A stretch of DNA of 46,245 bases from Chiloscyllium plagiosum (GCF_004010195.1 NC_057711.1:75318722-75364966), one strand, 5' to 3'. Positions 1 to 13,368 are shown, numbered from the stretch's first letter. Notes: a model not told the origin generated them from the sequence alone. Made by a program: numbers and translations.

Positions 1-1415
1 CAATTGGGCCTGTTGGTCTGGAAGACTGATCTAAAGGCCTTTGAGCTTAGAGGGCCTGTCCAGCTGCTGGCTCATCCCCTTTGGTTTGGACTTCAGCAGG
101 CTTTGGCATCACAGGCAGTGGGAAGACCTGGAAGAGCAATGCATCTTGCAATGTCCTGAAAAGAAACATCTGGAGGCCCTGTGTGTGACTCCTCCTACCT
201 ATGGATATCGACTGATACCAGCTAGTCTACCAAATTGTTCAGTGACCCAGCCTGAGACTCACATGCTACAGCCAGCACTGAACTAATATTGCTGGAATCC
301 TTTATCCTTCAATCCACCTTGCCAACTGCCTGAGCTGCCTCCCATTCCTGTGCACATGTTTTCATTTGGATGAAGTCAGCAGTAATGGCTGAGATGAAGG
401 AATAGTCTTCTGCCTGGGGCTGACCAATTGCCTGGTCTCAGACAATTCTCTGCCTAAGACCAGAGGCATTTATTCCTCCAGCTCTGGGGATGTGTGAGTG
501 AAGTGCTTATCAGATTGTTCTCCTGAGTCTAATCTGGAAAGATTTCCCCACTGAGGTGTAAATCTTTAAACTGGTGGATGGTGCAGGTCAAAGCCTTGCT
601 GGTGCATCCCCTGGGGTTAAATGGATGACTCTTCAGAGGTGGTGGTGGAACTGAGGGTCTCCAGCACTGGCCTCCTAGAATTTTGAGTGCTGCTAGAACC
701 TGCATGAGAAAAGAGGGAATTAGTTATGTAAAACAAGGAAACATTTCATCAAAGTTAAGAACCAGTAAGTCCTATTGGTAATGGGAGAGCAGCACAGCAT
801 TACACAATGATGCTTACTGAGTTGATTTATCAATAGACTCTCCAATTGAGCAACCACATTTTTCTTTGTCCCCTATCACCATCAATCTGTGCCCCCTTAG
901 CCTGGTTTTCAGACAAATGTTCCTGCAATAAGACAAAGGGAGGGATTGAGACTCCATCAATATGAATGGAAGCACCAGTAATGATCCAGGGACAGAAAGG
1001 AATTAAATGCTCCAGTGAATAAGTGGGAATTGCCAAGCAAAGGATGTGTGAGTGATTTGGGGAGAAGGAGGAGGTGAGAGATTGAGTGGACATGCGCATG
1101 CAATAATTTGTAATCCATAAGTCTGTGTGAGAGGCTTATACAGTGGCAGACATTGAGTAAATGTAAGGTTGCAAAGAGAAAATAATGATACTTATCCTTG
1201 CAAAATGCAGATCATTCATCTTCCTGTACAGCTAGGCATTTCTTTTCTTTAACTGGGACGCTGCACTAACCCGGGTTACTACTTGGGTCCAGGCTGGCGG
1301 TGTTGGGGGCAAAGCTACCTTTGCTGGTCAGCAGGCCTCCACTTCACCGTCACATCCACCAGCAGCTCGAGATGCCTAGCCACCAGTGGGGAGCCACCCT
1401 CGCTTTCTGGGCCAT
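1..1415 (-). pseudogene. Degenerate Myb/SANT-like DNA-binding gene of a PIF/Harbinger transposon (three exon-like blocks)
   Basis: Reading the minus strand from the ATG at 1415, with frameshifts and stops, gives MAQKARVAP..RHLELLVDV..TPPAWTQVVTRVSAASQLKKRNA*LYRKMNDL, the Myb/SANT trihelix pattern of Harbinger ORF2/NAIF1. Exon 1 is about 1415-1196 (donor decayed to ataagt). Exon 2 is 922-818 (acceptor ttattgcag, donor gtaagc). The exon 3 acceptor ttttctcatgcag lies at about 700. Confidence 0.7.
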
Positions 1416-3025
1416 TTTCCTTTGGGATAAAACTGGAACACAAGTGGAAGCTTACTCCAAATTAGAATCTAAAGTGCTGCACAGCTGGATTTTAAATGTG
1501 ACACCAGTGGCACAAACGTCATAAAATCTCAGCAGCGGCAAATACTTCCGCCTTTCCTGCTGCACGGTTCCACAGAGGGCTATTGCATGAGTAATGAGAT
1601 TACGAGCAGACGGAGTTGCACAAGGTGTAGTGGACCCACTACCACGAATCTTGCCAAAAAGGCACTGGGGCTAAAATATCTTTGCATCACTCTTGATCAT
1701 ACATTACCCAACAGCACTACCTCCCAGTCCACTGCAGCTAAGGTCAGAGCCAGGGGGAGTCTTGCAGGAATATCAGCTGGAGCTGCAGAACCAATACTTC
1801 CTTCACCCTGGTCTACCCAACAGAGCAAAGCTCTTCAAACTGGCTCTGGAGTTGCCACACCAACAGAGTAGATATCTACCCCCAGAAAGGCACCCCAATG
1901 ATTTTCCCAGGAAGTTGCGCTCTAGAGAAATAAACTATCTCCTCTTGTTTAACCCCATTATTCCCCCACCATTTCTACCCAAAACCAAACAAATAAATGC
2001 ACCATTATGCATGCAGTTTATAACGATGGATATCTACTGGGTATTTCTAGTTTTGAGCTCAAATTAAGTAAATAACTAAACTTACCATTTATTTGGATGA
2101 ACAGCAATAAACTTAATTCATAAATGTTTCATACAAAAAATATACTGTCAGTGATTGTGGGAACAGTTTCTGCTGCACCCTCTCCCCTCAAACACAGGCA
2201 CCATCTAATTTCCAATTCTGTTTACTTTGACACCCATTTTCTGTGCACATTGCACTCTCAGCCTAGACAATAAACGAACATCCTGGACTTCCAAAGTAGA
2301 TCTGTTCGGCAACTAGGAGGTGCCTAACAATGGCCACAATAAGTTAACAATTTGAAGCATTGTCATCTGATTACACAGGAAGCTTCCAATTTTAAAATGT
2401 ACAAGGACCATTGTACAGAGAAGTTATCATTGGAAAATTTGGAGAGCTTGAATATCCTGAAATAAGTCAATCTAGATATTAAACACTAAGGCGGTATTTA
2501 GGCGATCTTCAGTAGCATCCCTCTAAGTCAGAAGTGTCTGGTCCAAGTTTCACTCTTGGACCTGTTGACCAAAAGAGACACGTTCATTATGTGGCCAAAC
2601 AGGCAGAGTATCAACTTGTAAATGCTTCCAACTTGTGGCCATAAATGAGGAAGAGATTTCTGGTTAGCCGTGTGATGGATAAGTGTTGGAGCCTCTACTA
2701 TAGGCCCATGCTCCAACATGACTGCAACAGTGTTCAATGCCACAGCAACTCTAACTCCTTGAGGTTTCGGTGAGCTGGACTCTGAGTGGATCAGATTGCT
2801 ACTTATGACATGGAGTTCAATTACTGTTCTGGCTGGGTTAGATTTCTGGACCTGTCTCCTTGCCTTACTTATGGTGGAAGTCCTGGCATTGTGGGTCAGA
2901 CCTGCTTTCAGGCAGAGGATTCGAGAAGGAGATACCTAGACAGGTGTAAACACATGACCTAACCAGCAACCTCTTAATGGGAATGGCTCTATAATGCAAT
3001 TCTCCCTAATTAAGTATATACTATA

Positions 3026-3738
3026 TATAGATCATTATAGTGCAGTACAGGCCCTTCAGCCCTCAATGTTGCGCCGACCAGTCATACCAATCTGAAGCCC
3101 ATCTAACCTACACTATTCCATGTACGTCCATATGCTTGTCCAATGACGACTTAAATGCACTTAAAGTTGGCAAATCTACTACCGTTGCAGGCAAAGCATT
3201 CCATACCCTTACTATTCTGAGTAAAGAAACCACCTCTGACATCTGTCCTATATCTATCACCCCTCAATTTAAAGCTATGCCCCCTTGTGCTCGCCGTCAC
3301 CATACTTGGAAAAAGGTTCTCCCCGTCCACCCTATCTAACCCTCTGATTATCTTCTGTCTCTATTAAGTCTCCTCTCCAACGAAAACAGCCTCAAGTCCC
3401 TCAGCCTTTCCTCATAAGACCTCCCCTCCATAGCAGGCAACATCCTCGTAAATCTCCTCTGCACCCTTTCCAAAGCTTCCACATCCTTCTTATAATGTGG
3501 TGACCAGAACTGTACACAATACTCCAAGTGCGGCCGCACCAGAGTTTTGTACAGCTGCAGCATAACCTCGTGGTTCCGGAACTCAATCCCTCTATTAATA
3601 AAAGCTAAAACACTGTATGCCTTCTTAACAACCCTGTCAACCTGGGTGGCAACTTTCAAGGATCTGTGTACCTAGACACTGAGATCTCTCTCATCTACAC
3701 TACCAAAAATCTTATCATTAGCCCAGTACTTTGCATTC
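3026..3738 (-). mobile_element. CR1 LINE, 5'-truncated (ORF2 C-terminus plus 3' UTR)
   Basis: ORF 3348..3659 contains YKTLVRPHLEYCVQFWSPHYKKDVEALERVQRRFTRMLP, a hallmark CR1 ORF2 C-terminal sequence. A CR1 3' end with a short-repeat tail lies near 3026-3065. Confidence 0.95.
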
Positions 3739-4320
3739 TGAGTGACCTGTACCTTCAAACAAGTGTCCTTTTTTATTTTAATTCTTGCATATTGTGAAAA
3801 GAGGGAAAATAGTTATGAATTAGAATTCATTAAACTTTTATTCGAAAGAAATACTCTCTGCAGTAGCTCTGTGAGCAAGGAGAAGACTTCAGGTCTATAA
3901 TTTGTATCGAGAGTTGGGCTCTTGGAAGATTGAGGCAGAGGTGCCTTCTAAATCTGGAATATGAATAAGACCAGCATCAGAATCAGCACAACACTGAGAG
4001 CATTAAAATAAATACATTTTACAGCATTATTAAATAATAATTTTGGAAGGTCATAGCACCTTTTTCAACTTAAAATAATCATGAATATTTCATCAATCTG
4101 AAGTCAAGTGACATAACTATTGTTTCATAAAAAATATATGAAAAGTACAGTGATACCTGTAGGAATACATTCCAAATAATATGAAAATTTCATATGTATT
4201 TACCTGATTGAAACTTGCTGACCTTTTGTGTTCAAATTATGAATTATTTACGTTCATTTCAGATGCTAGAATTCTTAGAAATACTCCAAAGAACTCTGCC
4301 ATAATGGAACAGGAACTTAT

Positions 4321-4399
4321 TGCTGGAGAAATTCAGCTCTGGCAGCATCTATGGAGAGAAAGCAGTTGACATTGAGTCCAGTGACCCTTCTTCGGAGTG
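4321..4399 (-). mobile_element. Penelope-like terminal-repeat (pLTR) fragment with decayed hammerhead
   Basis: Homologous to 17113-17203 (tctggcagcat..ggagagaaagcag..gagtccagtgacccttcttc). The minus strand retains stem II gggtc-actg-gactc. Confidence 0.6.
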
Positions 4400-4404
4400 A
4401 TTGT

Positions 4405-4555
4405 AGTTTACGTAAGCAGATGTGACAGCCATACTGTGCACAGCAGAATCCCAGAAACAATGAAATGAATTGCTAGTTAATTTGCCATTAGTGATTACAT
4501 GAAGCAAAATATTGATGCAATGCAAATTTAATGACTCACTTCAAGTGACGTTGGG
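4405..4555 (-). mobile_element. Degraded ancient SINE fragment (DeuSINE/SacSINE-like)
   Basis: gacagccatactgtgcacagcagaatcccagaaac resembles the reverse strand of the Deu-domain SINEs as I recall them. A related piece is at 17248-17405. Confidence 0.35.
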
Positions 4556-5386
4556 ATGTGAGTGGTCTTCCCAGCGCCATGTTGGGTTGATACTTCAAAT
4601 GTGAAAACGCTAATAATTCTCCATGTTTTTCTCTCAATCCCCATTGTCACGATTGGGCAGTTTCCAGATCAGAAACACTGTAGTAATACTGAGGGAATGA
4701 AATTCAATTTTTAGAGCCATTATAAAAGTCTGTAACTTAAGGCTTGTCAGTAGCTGGAAGGGCCTCCATATTTTTCCAATGAACTGAGGACTAGAAGGTT
4801 GCATTTGATAAACTTGATGAGCAAGAAATCCTGTTTGAGTGGTATAGGGCAATATACTGGCAATCAGTGCAACTTTCATCACTCCAAGGACTTTCACTCA
4901 GCGCTCATTGAAGTTAATGCCTCGATAGTGATAAGCCAAGGCTATGACGCCAGTTTACATCTCCTCCCATTCCGACAGCTCACTGAAGTGGCCAAATCTT
5001 GTTGAGACATTGGATTTCGCTACCAGTTGGAGAGCTGGAAGTGACCCTTGATCGGGACCACACCCCAATTAGTGGTGAGGCCATAGATAGAGCTTCCCCT
5101 GCATTCATAATCCCAGGGGTTGTTGTGTTGCCCACTGAAGTATTAATTGGAGACATGTTCACCACACGCAACAGGGGAGCCTATAGCTGTTGCAAATGGA
5201 ACACCCTCCTAAAGTCCCAGCGTTGATAATTGTGGTCTACATTACTTTCCAATGTTGGTAGTGGAGGGGGAGATGGGGTGTGTAACAGTCACCCAGGGGA
5301 TATGGGAGCAGCAAAGGCTCCTATGATCATACCCCAACTCCCACAGGAAGGTGAGATGAGACTGACCACACCACATAATGACATCA

Positions 5387-5400
5387 CCCCCCCCCCCCCC
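5387..5400. repeat. Poly-C tract
   Basis: Run of 14 C. Confidence 0.9.
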
Positions 5401-7440
5401 AACCCTGCCACCCTACCCCTGCTACTAGGTTAATAGCATTGGAATGAGGCCCTTAAGTGCTAATTAGTTGGTGGCAAGCTGGGAGGGTTGACAGTGGGAA
5501 TTCCTGCCTAGAACATCATATCTTTTGTGCCTCAACCAGAATTGAGTTCAGGTATGCCAACAAGTAGATGCCCACATTATGGGTAAATATTCAAAAATAA
5601 GTATTGAATGTTTTCCCACCTTTTTTAAGCTCAGCTGCAGTGACAGCAAGATATTCCACTCATGCTCTGTTAGTGAACTTCTTACCTCTTGGTGCCTGAG
5701 AACGTAATGTAGATAAATGTAATATCTCCACACTAAAGCATAATTTTTGCTTAAAATTATACTGTCAACTTAATGGATCGATTGATAACTCATTCAAAAC
5801 ATGCAACCTCCACTGGCTTAATGTCAGATAAGTTTTTGTTTGCCACCAGGACTTCTGACTAGTCTTCACTTTCACAAGGCACATTCACTTCTCACCATTG
5901 TCACATACCCAACTTCAAATCTCAATGGCGCCCAGAAATCTGCAGCATTGCTTTCAGTCCTTCCAAAGGAAAAGCAGTGAACAACCAGGTCCATGTGAAG
6001 GAGAGTTATGAGAGAAGCCAGTGATTGCAAAAAATTCTGCATATAATGGCTAACAAACATCAGATACAATAAACAGATTTGCAGTTGGCTCTAAGTGAAG
6101 GATAACTGGTATGAGAATATTGAAGAAGCTGTAGCAAGATTTCTCATAGGAATATGTTAAAATATTGCTGTACTATGATTTCTTCAAGGGCACAGGTAAA
6201 CCAACTAGAACATAAAGTCAATCAGTTTAATGACTGCCTCAGCACCTGCAATTTAATGACTATTGGCACATTTTCACCAACTCTGACTTGAAATTGTGTA
6301 CACACAAGCACCAGTGTCCTAGACAACCACCATTTTGAAGAGTTAGTCCGCTAGTTAGAAAGATTGTCATCAGAGAGGTCATTCAGCACAAGTAAGAATA
6401 AGGGCCTTGAAGTGAAAGAGGAAAGATTGAATCATTTGATGGCAGAATGGAATAATTATTAATATTATTAAGCATAGCTGAGCAATTTAGGGATCCAGAT
6501 CTTAGATGTTATGTTCTTTAATGGTATGGAAGTATTAAACTGGTGAATAGCAGTCTAAACTGTTCCTGTTCTAATGGTTGTGATGATTAAGGGTGAGGAT
6601 CCATGATTCATAGCTTTAAGGCAGTGAAGTCATGACCTGGAAACTGAGATTGTCTAATTTTCTCAGCCTAAGATGTCAGAATGAACCCCTAAGGGTATTG
6701 GTTGGTCTGGAAAGGCAGCTAGGACTGCTTCAATAAATCCTTCATTAACCAGTCTGCATACTATACTAGCACAGGACTTCCAAGACCCCATTTGACCATT
6801 TCAATCTGTAACATTCCTGTACCTATGAGACTGCAATGAGTGAGCTCTGATGTTTCCATCAGAAAATGACAATGAGCATGTTTATTTAATACCCTGAATC
6901 CTTCCAATGCATTCATATATAGGAATTTCAGATAAAGTACAGCACATATTAGAATGGCAAGTACCAAGTTGTCAGAGGTGGTCCTGCTGAGCCTCCAGCT
7001 GCCTTTAGGCAAGAATTAACTCAATCCCAGATGCTACGGGAACCATCTCAGTTAACCATTAAACAATGATATCTTTCTTAGGCAGTACTTTGTTTTTACC
7101 AGTAATTTCTGAAGAATGTCATTTAAGTTGCTATTTTAAACAATATGTGGATTCCTGAATTCTGTCTATTTTCAGCTTTTTGGGAGTTGGATCATGGCAA
7201 AGTATTAAGGATCTTGGTAGAAGTCTTGAAGTTAAAAGTTTGCTGATGTTGAGGTGGGGACTATAGAGAAATAATGGGTAGGTGCATAGTATCTCTTTAA
7301 CTTTGCAAGTAAACCTTTTATAATTTTGAAAGCACTGGTTTGTTATGTATACTATCTTTTGTTCTGATGAATAGCCATTTTCTTTGCATGTAACATTAAA
7401 ATAAATGTTTTATCATTGCAAAATTCCTATCCAGTGTATT

Positions 7441-8350
7441 AAACATAGGATGTACTGCACAGAAACCAGTCATTCAGCTCCTACTTGAGTGTTTATGCTC
7501 CACTCTAGTTTCTTCCCATCTAGATCTTGCATCATAACCATCAATTATTCCTCCCTCAGGCCCGTGTAGCTTCCCCTTGATTGCACCTATTATTCAGCTC
7601 AACCACTCTCACTGGTAGCAAGTTCCACATTTTCACCACTGTTTGGATAAATATGTTTCTACTAAATGACATATTGCCTTTCTTGGTAATTATTTATTTT
7701 TATATTGAAGGCCTCCAGTTAGTCTTCGCCACAAGAGTAAATGTTCTCTTTGTACACACCCAATCAAAACACTTTCTTCGTTCTCAATACATCTACCCTA
7801 AGTCACCCCTCTACTGTTTTTCAAGAGAAGATAAACTCATCTCAACTCTTTCCTCTTATATACCCACAACTTTCTGGTATAATGTTTGTAAATTTAATCT
7901 GCAATTTCTTCTATGCCTGAATACTGTTTGATGTGGCAACCCCAGAACATATGCACTAATTAATTGTGGTCCACCAAGGCTTCATTCTGGGTTTAGCATC
8001 ACTTCCCTACTTTTTAATCATCAGTCTCAAAGTCTGATGCTTTGTTTTTTTTTAAATGGCCTTGCTAACCTTGGCTCATTTTTTACTGGTTGATGTATTC
8101 ATGCTCCAAGATCCTTTTTTCTTTTGTCCCTGTTCCCGACCTTGACTTTTCTCTTCCAAGTAATATGTGACCTCTCTGCTCTTCCTACCCAAATGTATTT
8201 TCTCCTTTTTATCGATGTTGAGCTTCATTTGCTAATGAAGTTTATCAATATCCTCTTAAAATGGACGTGGTTTTTCCACAATAATAACTATCCCCCTCAC
8301 CCCTTTTTCCCCTTATCCCATCAATTTTGTATCATTGGCAAACTTAAACA
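7441..8350 (-). mobile_element. Old, degraded CR1 LINE 3' portion
   Basis: CR1-like 3' end at about 7445-7500, agcaagttccacattttcaccact motif, and a minus-strand FANDTKL (FADDTKL RT motif) at about 8320-8345. Confidence 0.6.
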
Positions 8351-8461
8351 TTATGATGTTAGGATCTATCAACATTTAAAGAAAATTGAAAAACCTGTTT
8401 TTAACGAATGGTTCTATGCAACAAAACTCCACACTTTTACAATAAAACAAACATTCTTCTT

Positions 8462-8735
8462 TATAGAACAATACAGCGCAGAACAGGCCCTTTGGTCCTT
8501 GATGTTGCGCCCGACCTGTGAACTAAGCTGTCACCCTACACTATCCCATCATCCATATGCTTATCCAAGGACTGTTTAAATTCCCCTAACATGGCTGAGT
8601 TAACTACTTTGGCAGTCCGGGCATTCCATGCCTATACCACTGAGTAAAGAACCTGCCTCTGACATCTGTCCTAAATCTATCACCCCTCAATTTGCAGCTA
8701 TGCCCCCTCATACAAACCAAAGTCGTCATCCTATC
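8462..8735 (-). mobile_element. CR1 LINE 3' fragment
   Basis: Clearly homologous to 3030-3300 (acaggccctt..gatgttgcgcc..ctctgacatctgtcct..tcacccctcaattt). ORF 8604..8789 contains RGHSCKLRGDRFRTDVRGRFFTQ. Confidence 0.9.
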
Positions 8736-9418
8736 GGACAAATTCAACCAAACAGGCACTATTAACTGAATATCATGAGTTATGCACACAGATTTACTTC
8801 TTACTTCCTGTTAGTCACATCAATTTTAAAGATATTCCATTGGGATCACCCATATCTATGCCACAGTCTTCTGGAAAATTCTCCCCAGCACCAGTTATTC
8901 TCAAAGGTAAAGCTTTCATGTAAAACTTTTGACTGCGACCCCTCCATCTCCTGTTCTGATTTACCTTACTTTTCCAATATTTCCAAACAAATCTGCTTGC
9001 TCCTTTTCTTTATAGGAACCACTATTGAACTGGACATTCATCACCCCTGACTTCTCTCAAAATTGAAAATGAGATTAGGCCTAAGTTGCATTACATCTGG
9101 TTAATAATGGAGTTAGAGTCGCACTGAAAGTATGGTGAAACAAATTAACTTATTTGGCTATTACCACTCTGAGATGCGCACAAGTTTTAAAACTGCAACC
9201 AACTTGCTGAACAATCACCCAGATAGCTGAGATAAACTTAAACTAGAAAATCTCCCTAAGCTCTACCCATCTCTGAAGACATAGCTTGTTCTGGGCAGTC
9301 CTTAAACCAAGCTTTAACTTAATTATCCCTTATTTACAATGTTTTCTCAAATGATGAAATAATGGATTTTACAGCCTTTCAGGCATCCTTTAAATGCCTT
9401 TAAACTATTTAAGCTTAA

Positions 9419-11050
9419 CCATCACGAGAGAAGTTGTATTAGACGAACTAATGGACCTAAAAGCTGATATCATTTGGTCCTGATGGCTTGCGTCCTACGA
9501 TCCTAAAAGAGTTAGATAGTGGATGCATAGGTTCTAATTTTCCAAAAGTACTTGCATTCTGGAAAAGTATCAGGGAATTGCAAAGCTGCCAATGTGACAC
9601 CCTAATTCCAAAAGGGAGGGAGGCAAAAAGTGTCTGCAGAGTCATTCGGTTTACATCTATTATTGGAAAAGTATTTGAATAAATTACTAAGGAAGTAATA
9701 GCAGAGCGTTTGGAAAAGCCTCACCTAATCAGGCAGAGGCAGTATAGTTTCACGAAAGGGAATTCATGTCTGACTAATTTACTGAACTTTCTCAAGGAAG
9801 TCTCAATCATCCTGGATGAAAAGAACCTGGTAGATATGTTGTATTTGAACTTGCAGAAGTTGTTTGACAAGGTACCACACGAAAGACTAAGTCATCAAAT
9901 AAGTGTCCACAGTGTTGGAGGTAGCATGTTGGCATGGATAAAGAATTAGCTAATTGAGAGGAAAACAGCAAATGGAGATAAGAGTTTTTTTTTCAGTTGG
10001 CGATCTGTGACCAGTGGGTTTCCACAGGAATCAGCGCTGGGACCACAAGTGTTTGTAATATATATTAATGAACTGGGGGAAGGGAATGAATGTACCGCAG
10101 CTAAATTTGCAAATGAAGTAAAAATAGTTGGAAAGGCATACAACTAATTTAGAGAGCTATTGATTAGTTATGCAAGTTTGCAAATGGCGTATAATGTGGA
10201 AAACTTCTTCATTTTAGAAGGAAGAACAATGTAATTTAAATGGAGAAAAACTGCAGAAAGCTGCAACGCAAAGCGACTTGTGGGTACTTATTACATGAAA
10301 CACAGCAAGCTAGCACACAGGTGCAGCAGGTAATCAGAAAGGCTAATGGAATGGTCGGAGTATGAGTACGGAAGTCTTCCTGCAACTGGACACGGTGCTG
10401 GTAAGACCACATTTGGACAACTGTGAGCAGTTCATGGAGGCAGGTTAGAGAACTTTCACTGGATGATCCCTGGTATGGAGGGATTGCCTTTGAGCAAAGT
10501 TAAACAGGCTGGGACTCTACACATTGAAATTTGGAGGAATCAAATAATGGATTCTACAGCCTTTCAGGGTTCATTAAATGCCTTTAAACTATTTAAGCTC
10601 CACCATCACTAGAGAAGTTCTATTAACGAACTAATAGACCTAAAAGCAGATATCATTTGGTCCTGATGGCTTGCGTCAGGTGAGGTGATCACATTGAAAC
10701 CTATAGGATTCTTAAGGGGCTTGACAGGTTACATGCTGTTCCCTCATGGGAGAATCTAGGACCAGGCGCATAGTCTCAGAATAATGCAGCATCAATTTAA
10801 GATTGAGATAAAGAGGAACTTCTTTGAGGGTTGAGTGTTTGGAACTCCTTGTCACATAGAGCTGTATGGCTATGTGTATATGTAAGGCCAGAATAGATAG
10901 ACTCTTGTTAAATAGGGAATTAAAGGTAACAGCAAACTGACCACAAAGTGGATGTGACGAATGTCCAATCAGCCATGATCCTGTTGAATGTCCGAGTAGG
11001 CTCAAGGGGCTGAATGGCTTATTCCTGTTCCTGTTTACAATGGTCTTATG
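9419..11050 (+). mobile_element. CR1 LINE, 5'-truncated, decayed RT domain to 3' end
   Basis: ITREVVLDELMDLKAD..GPDGLRPTILKE; SFTKGNSCLTNLLNF; LYLNLQKLFDKVPHERL; VTSGFPQESALGP; KFANEVK (FADDTK); LVRPHLDNCEQF. The 3' end aaggggctgaatggcttattcctgttcc is at about 11005-11030. Confidence 0.93.
10542..10677 (+). repeat. Direct copy of 9357-9494 inserted into the CR1 body
   Basis: aaataatggatt(t/c)tacagcctttcagg...gatatcatttggtcctgatggcttgcgtc is present at both sites, with about 12 differences in 138 nt by manual alignment. Confidence 0.95.
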
Positions 11051-12024
11051 CTCTAATCCATTCAATCACTTACCACCTGCTATTACATGCTCTGACTTTT
11101 TTTAAACCAGGGTATTTTACCAAAGGCTTTTGAAAAATCAAATAAATTAGATCTACTACATCATTGAAGTAGTACTGCAGACAGTAGACAAACAATTCAA
11201 GTTTTTAGAATTCAGATTTTTAAATTCCAAACAATCACTGTTATTTTTCATTTCCAAATGTTGTCTTATTAGTTTTTGTAGGGATTCAGTGTTTTTCCTA
11301 CCACCACTGTGAAGCTGGTTGGTTCATTATTCACTGGACATATTCTCTGACTCTTCATAAAGATAGGAATTACTCGAACTATCCAGTAGTTCCATGGAAC
11401 TACACCATTTTTATAAAGAATTATTAACTATGTGTAATAATGTTTTTGCTGTCTCTTCCCTAGAATTGATTAAACTGTGTAGATGCAATCCATCTGGATC
11501 AGATTTTTTTAATCCTCTTTAGTTTTATTTAGGTTATTCAATACATTAATTTTTATTTGAAAGGCACTCACGTCATCGCTCATCTTAATTCAATGACATT
11601 TTGAATTATTTTATTGCTCTGGTAAAGACTGAAGCAAGATCATCATTTCTATCATCTTGTACTTGTTACCTGTGTATTATCCTATCCCCTCATTCCTTTT
11701 TTGATGTGCCTTTTCTTTATGATCCTTTATTTTAGTTTCACCGTTCCTCTTTGCATTCTCATTGTGTCCTTTTAATTTCAATCCCTAATCGCTGCACACT
11801 TGTTTTGTCATGCACACCTCTGCTGTCAGTGTACTGCATGTATAGCTTTTCTTTAACCCTTAATTGTTTTTTTATTCCTCTCCAGAGTATCGGCAATCTT
11901 TAACGTTGCTTTCAGCAAAACATGTTTTTCCTGCATTCTCAACTTGTAAAATGTCACTTTTTTTTACTTCTCATTCTGCTCTAGTCAATTCACCATCACT
12001 AGTTTCAATAGCAAATCTTGTATT

Positions 12025-12365
12025 GCATACCAGCAAGAAACAAGATTAGGCCATTTGGTCCTTTTTTGAACCTGCTGTGCCATTCACTAAGTTATAGCTC
12101 ATGTGATGTTAGCTTCAACTCTACACTTCTCCCATTTTCAATCTTTCCCTTTTTGGTAATGAAGAATCTATCCACCTCTGCCTTTAAAATATTTAAAGAT
12201 TCTGCATCCAGTGTCTTTTGGAAGACCGGTAATTCCAAAAACACTCAAATCTCATAAAAAACCTAATTTCTATTTTAAATGGCCACCTTTATTTTTATAA
12301 TTTCTGGTTTTAGATTTTGCAACAAGAGGAAACATCCACCCAATTAAGTCCCTTCAGGAATTTGT
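12025..12365 (-). mobile_element. Degraded CR1 3' fragment
   Basis: aggccatttggtcc..cctgctgtgccattca..aagaatctatccacctctgcctttaaaatatt is a typical reverse-strand CR1 3' region. Confidence 0.65.
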
Positions 12366-12894
12366 TTTAATTTGCTTTGAGTGTTTTTACTTTTGTTAGA
12401 AAGGAGTCCTGTACACCTTCCCAGTCCTCACTTTTCTGTGGTAATGACTCAGACATCAACAATATATTTACTTCTATTTAATGTATGATTATCTGTATCC
12501 CTCCCCCCACACCCCTCTTTTTTTGTTATGGGCAGTGTGTGTATTGTGAATTTTAAATAGCATTTTCCCTTGCTTGAAGTACAAACATTTTGATAAGGTT
12601 TGTGTTCTAAAATTCTATTTCCTGTCTTCCCACAAATATCCTGAATTGCTTTATTCTTTGTGGCTGCAGCCCTGATTTGTTTACATTTGGGCTCCTTATA
12701 ATTTCTTACTGATCTGTTTTTTTCCACATTATTAGTTTTAAAAACTTTTCCATGTCTGTCTGTATCTGTGTTTCTCTTGCTCTCTCTCGCTCTTATAGAC
12801 AGACTCAAATTGAGGTTAGAACTGATCCCACTATTTTCATGGGAAATAATCAATTCCTGGTTAGGGAAAATCTGCACAGAATTTCCAGACAGTC

Positions 12895-13368
12895 TGCCCC
12901 ATGGCTGAATACTTCAACTTCCCCTCCCACTCTGCCGAGGACATGCACCCTCACCAACTGGCACTTGGAGGAAGAACGCCTCATCTTCCGCCTTGGGACC
13001 CTCCAACCATACGGATCAATGTGGATTTCAGTTTCCTCATTCTCATCCCCACCTTATTTCCAGTTCCAACCTTCCAACTCTGCACCACCCTCATGGATTG
13101 CTCTATCTTCCCACCTATCCGCTCCACTCTCCTCTCCGACCTATCACCATTTACCCCCACCTCTGTATACCTATCGCACTCTCGACTATCTCCCCACGCC
13201 ACTCCCATTTTATCTCTCCACCCCTCGGCTCAGAAGCCTCATTCCTGATGAAGGGTTCATGCCCGAAACATCGATTTTCCTCCTCTGATGTTGCCTGACC
13301 TACTGTGCTTTTCCAGCACCCCACTCTCGACTCTGATCTCCAGCATCAGCAGTCCTCGCTTTCTCCTA
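12895..13368 (+). mobile_element. Penelope-like element 3' fragment (GIY-YIG C-terminal tail plus pLTR)
   Basis: PMAEYFNFPSHSAEDM and LEEERLIFRLGTLQPYG..NVDF match the PLE endonuclease C-terminus. A pyrimidine-rich stretch follows, then a pLTR homologous to 38165-38293, 39625-39728 and 43170-43337. Confidence 0.88.
13241..13276 (+). ncRNA. Minimal type I hammerhead ribozyme motif in PLE pLTR (probably decayed)
   Basis: attc-CTGATGA-a-gggt/tcat/gccc-GAAA-c-ATC-gatt: both core boxes flank a stem II hairpin. Confidence 0.65.

Noticed and set aside
1587..2067. Overlapping 94-aa and 124-aa ORFs as a host exon
   Set aside because: No recognisable domain and no convincing splice-site pair. ORFs of this length arise by chance.
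5872..6069. Minus-strand mini-exon candidate TESNAADFWAPLRFEVG followed by gtatgt
   Set aside because: The acceptor is weak, I recognise no homology, and there are no partner exons.
12449..13298. Cluster of 100-180 aa ORFs
   Set aside because: Explained by low-complexity sequence and the PLE fragment.
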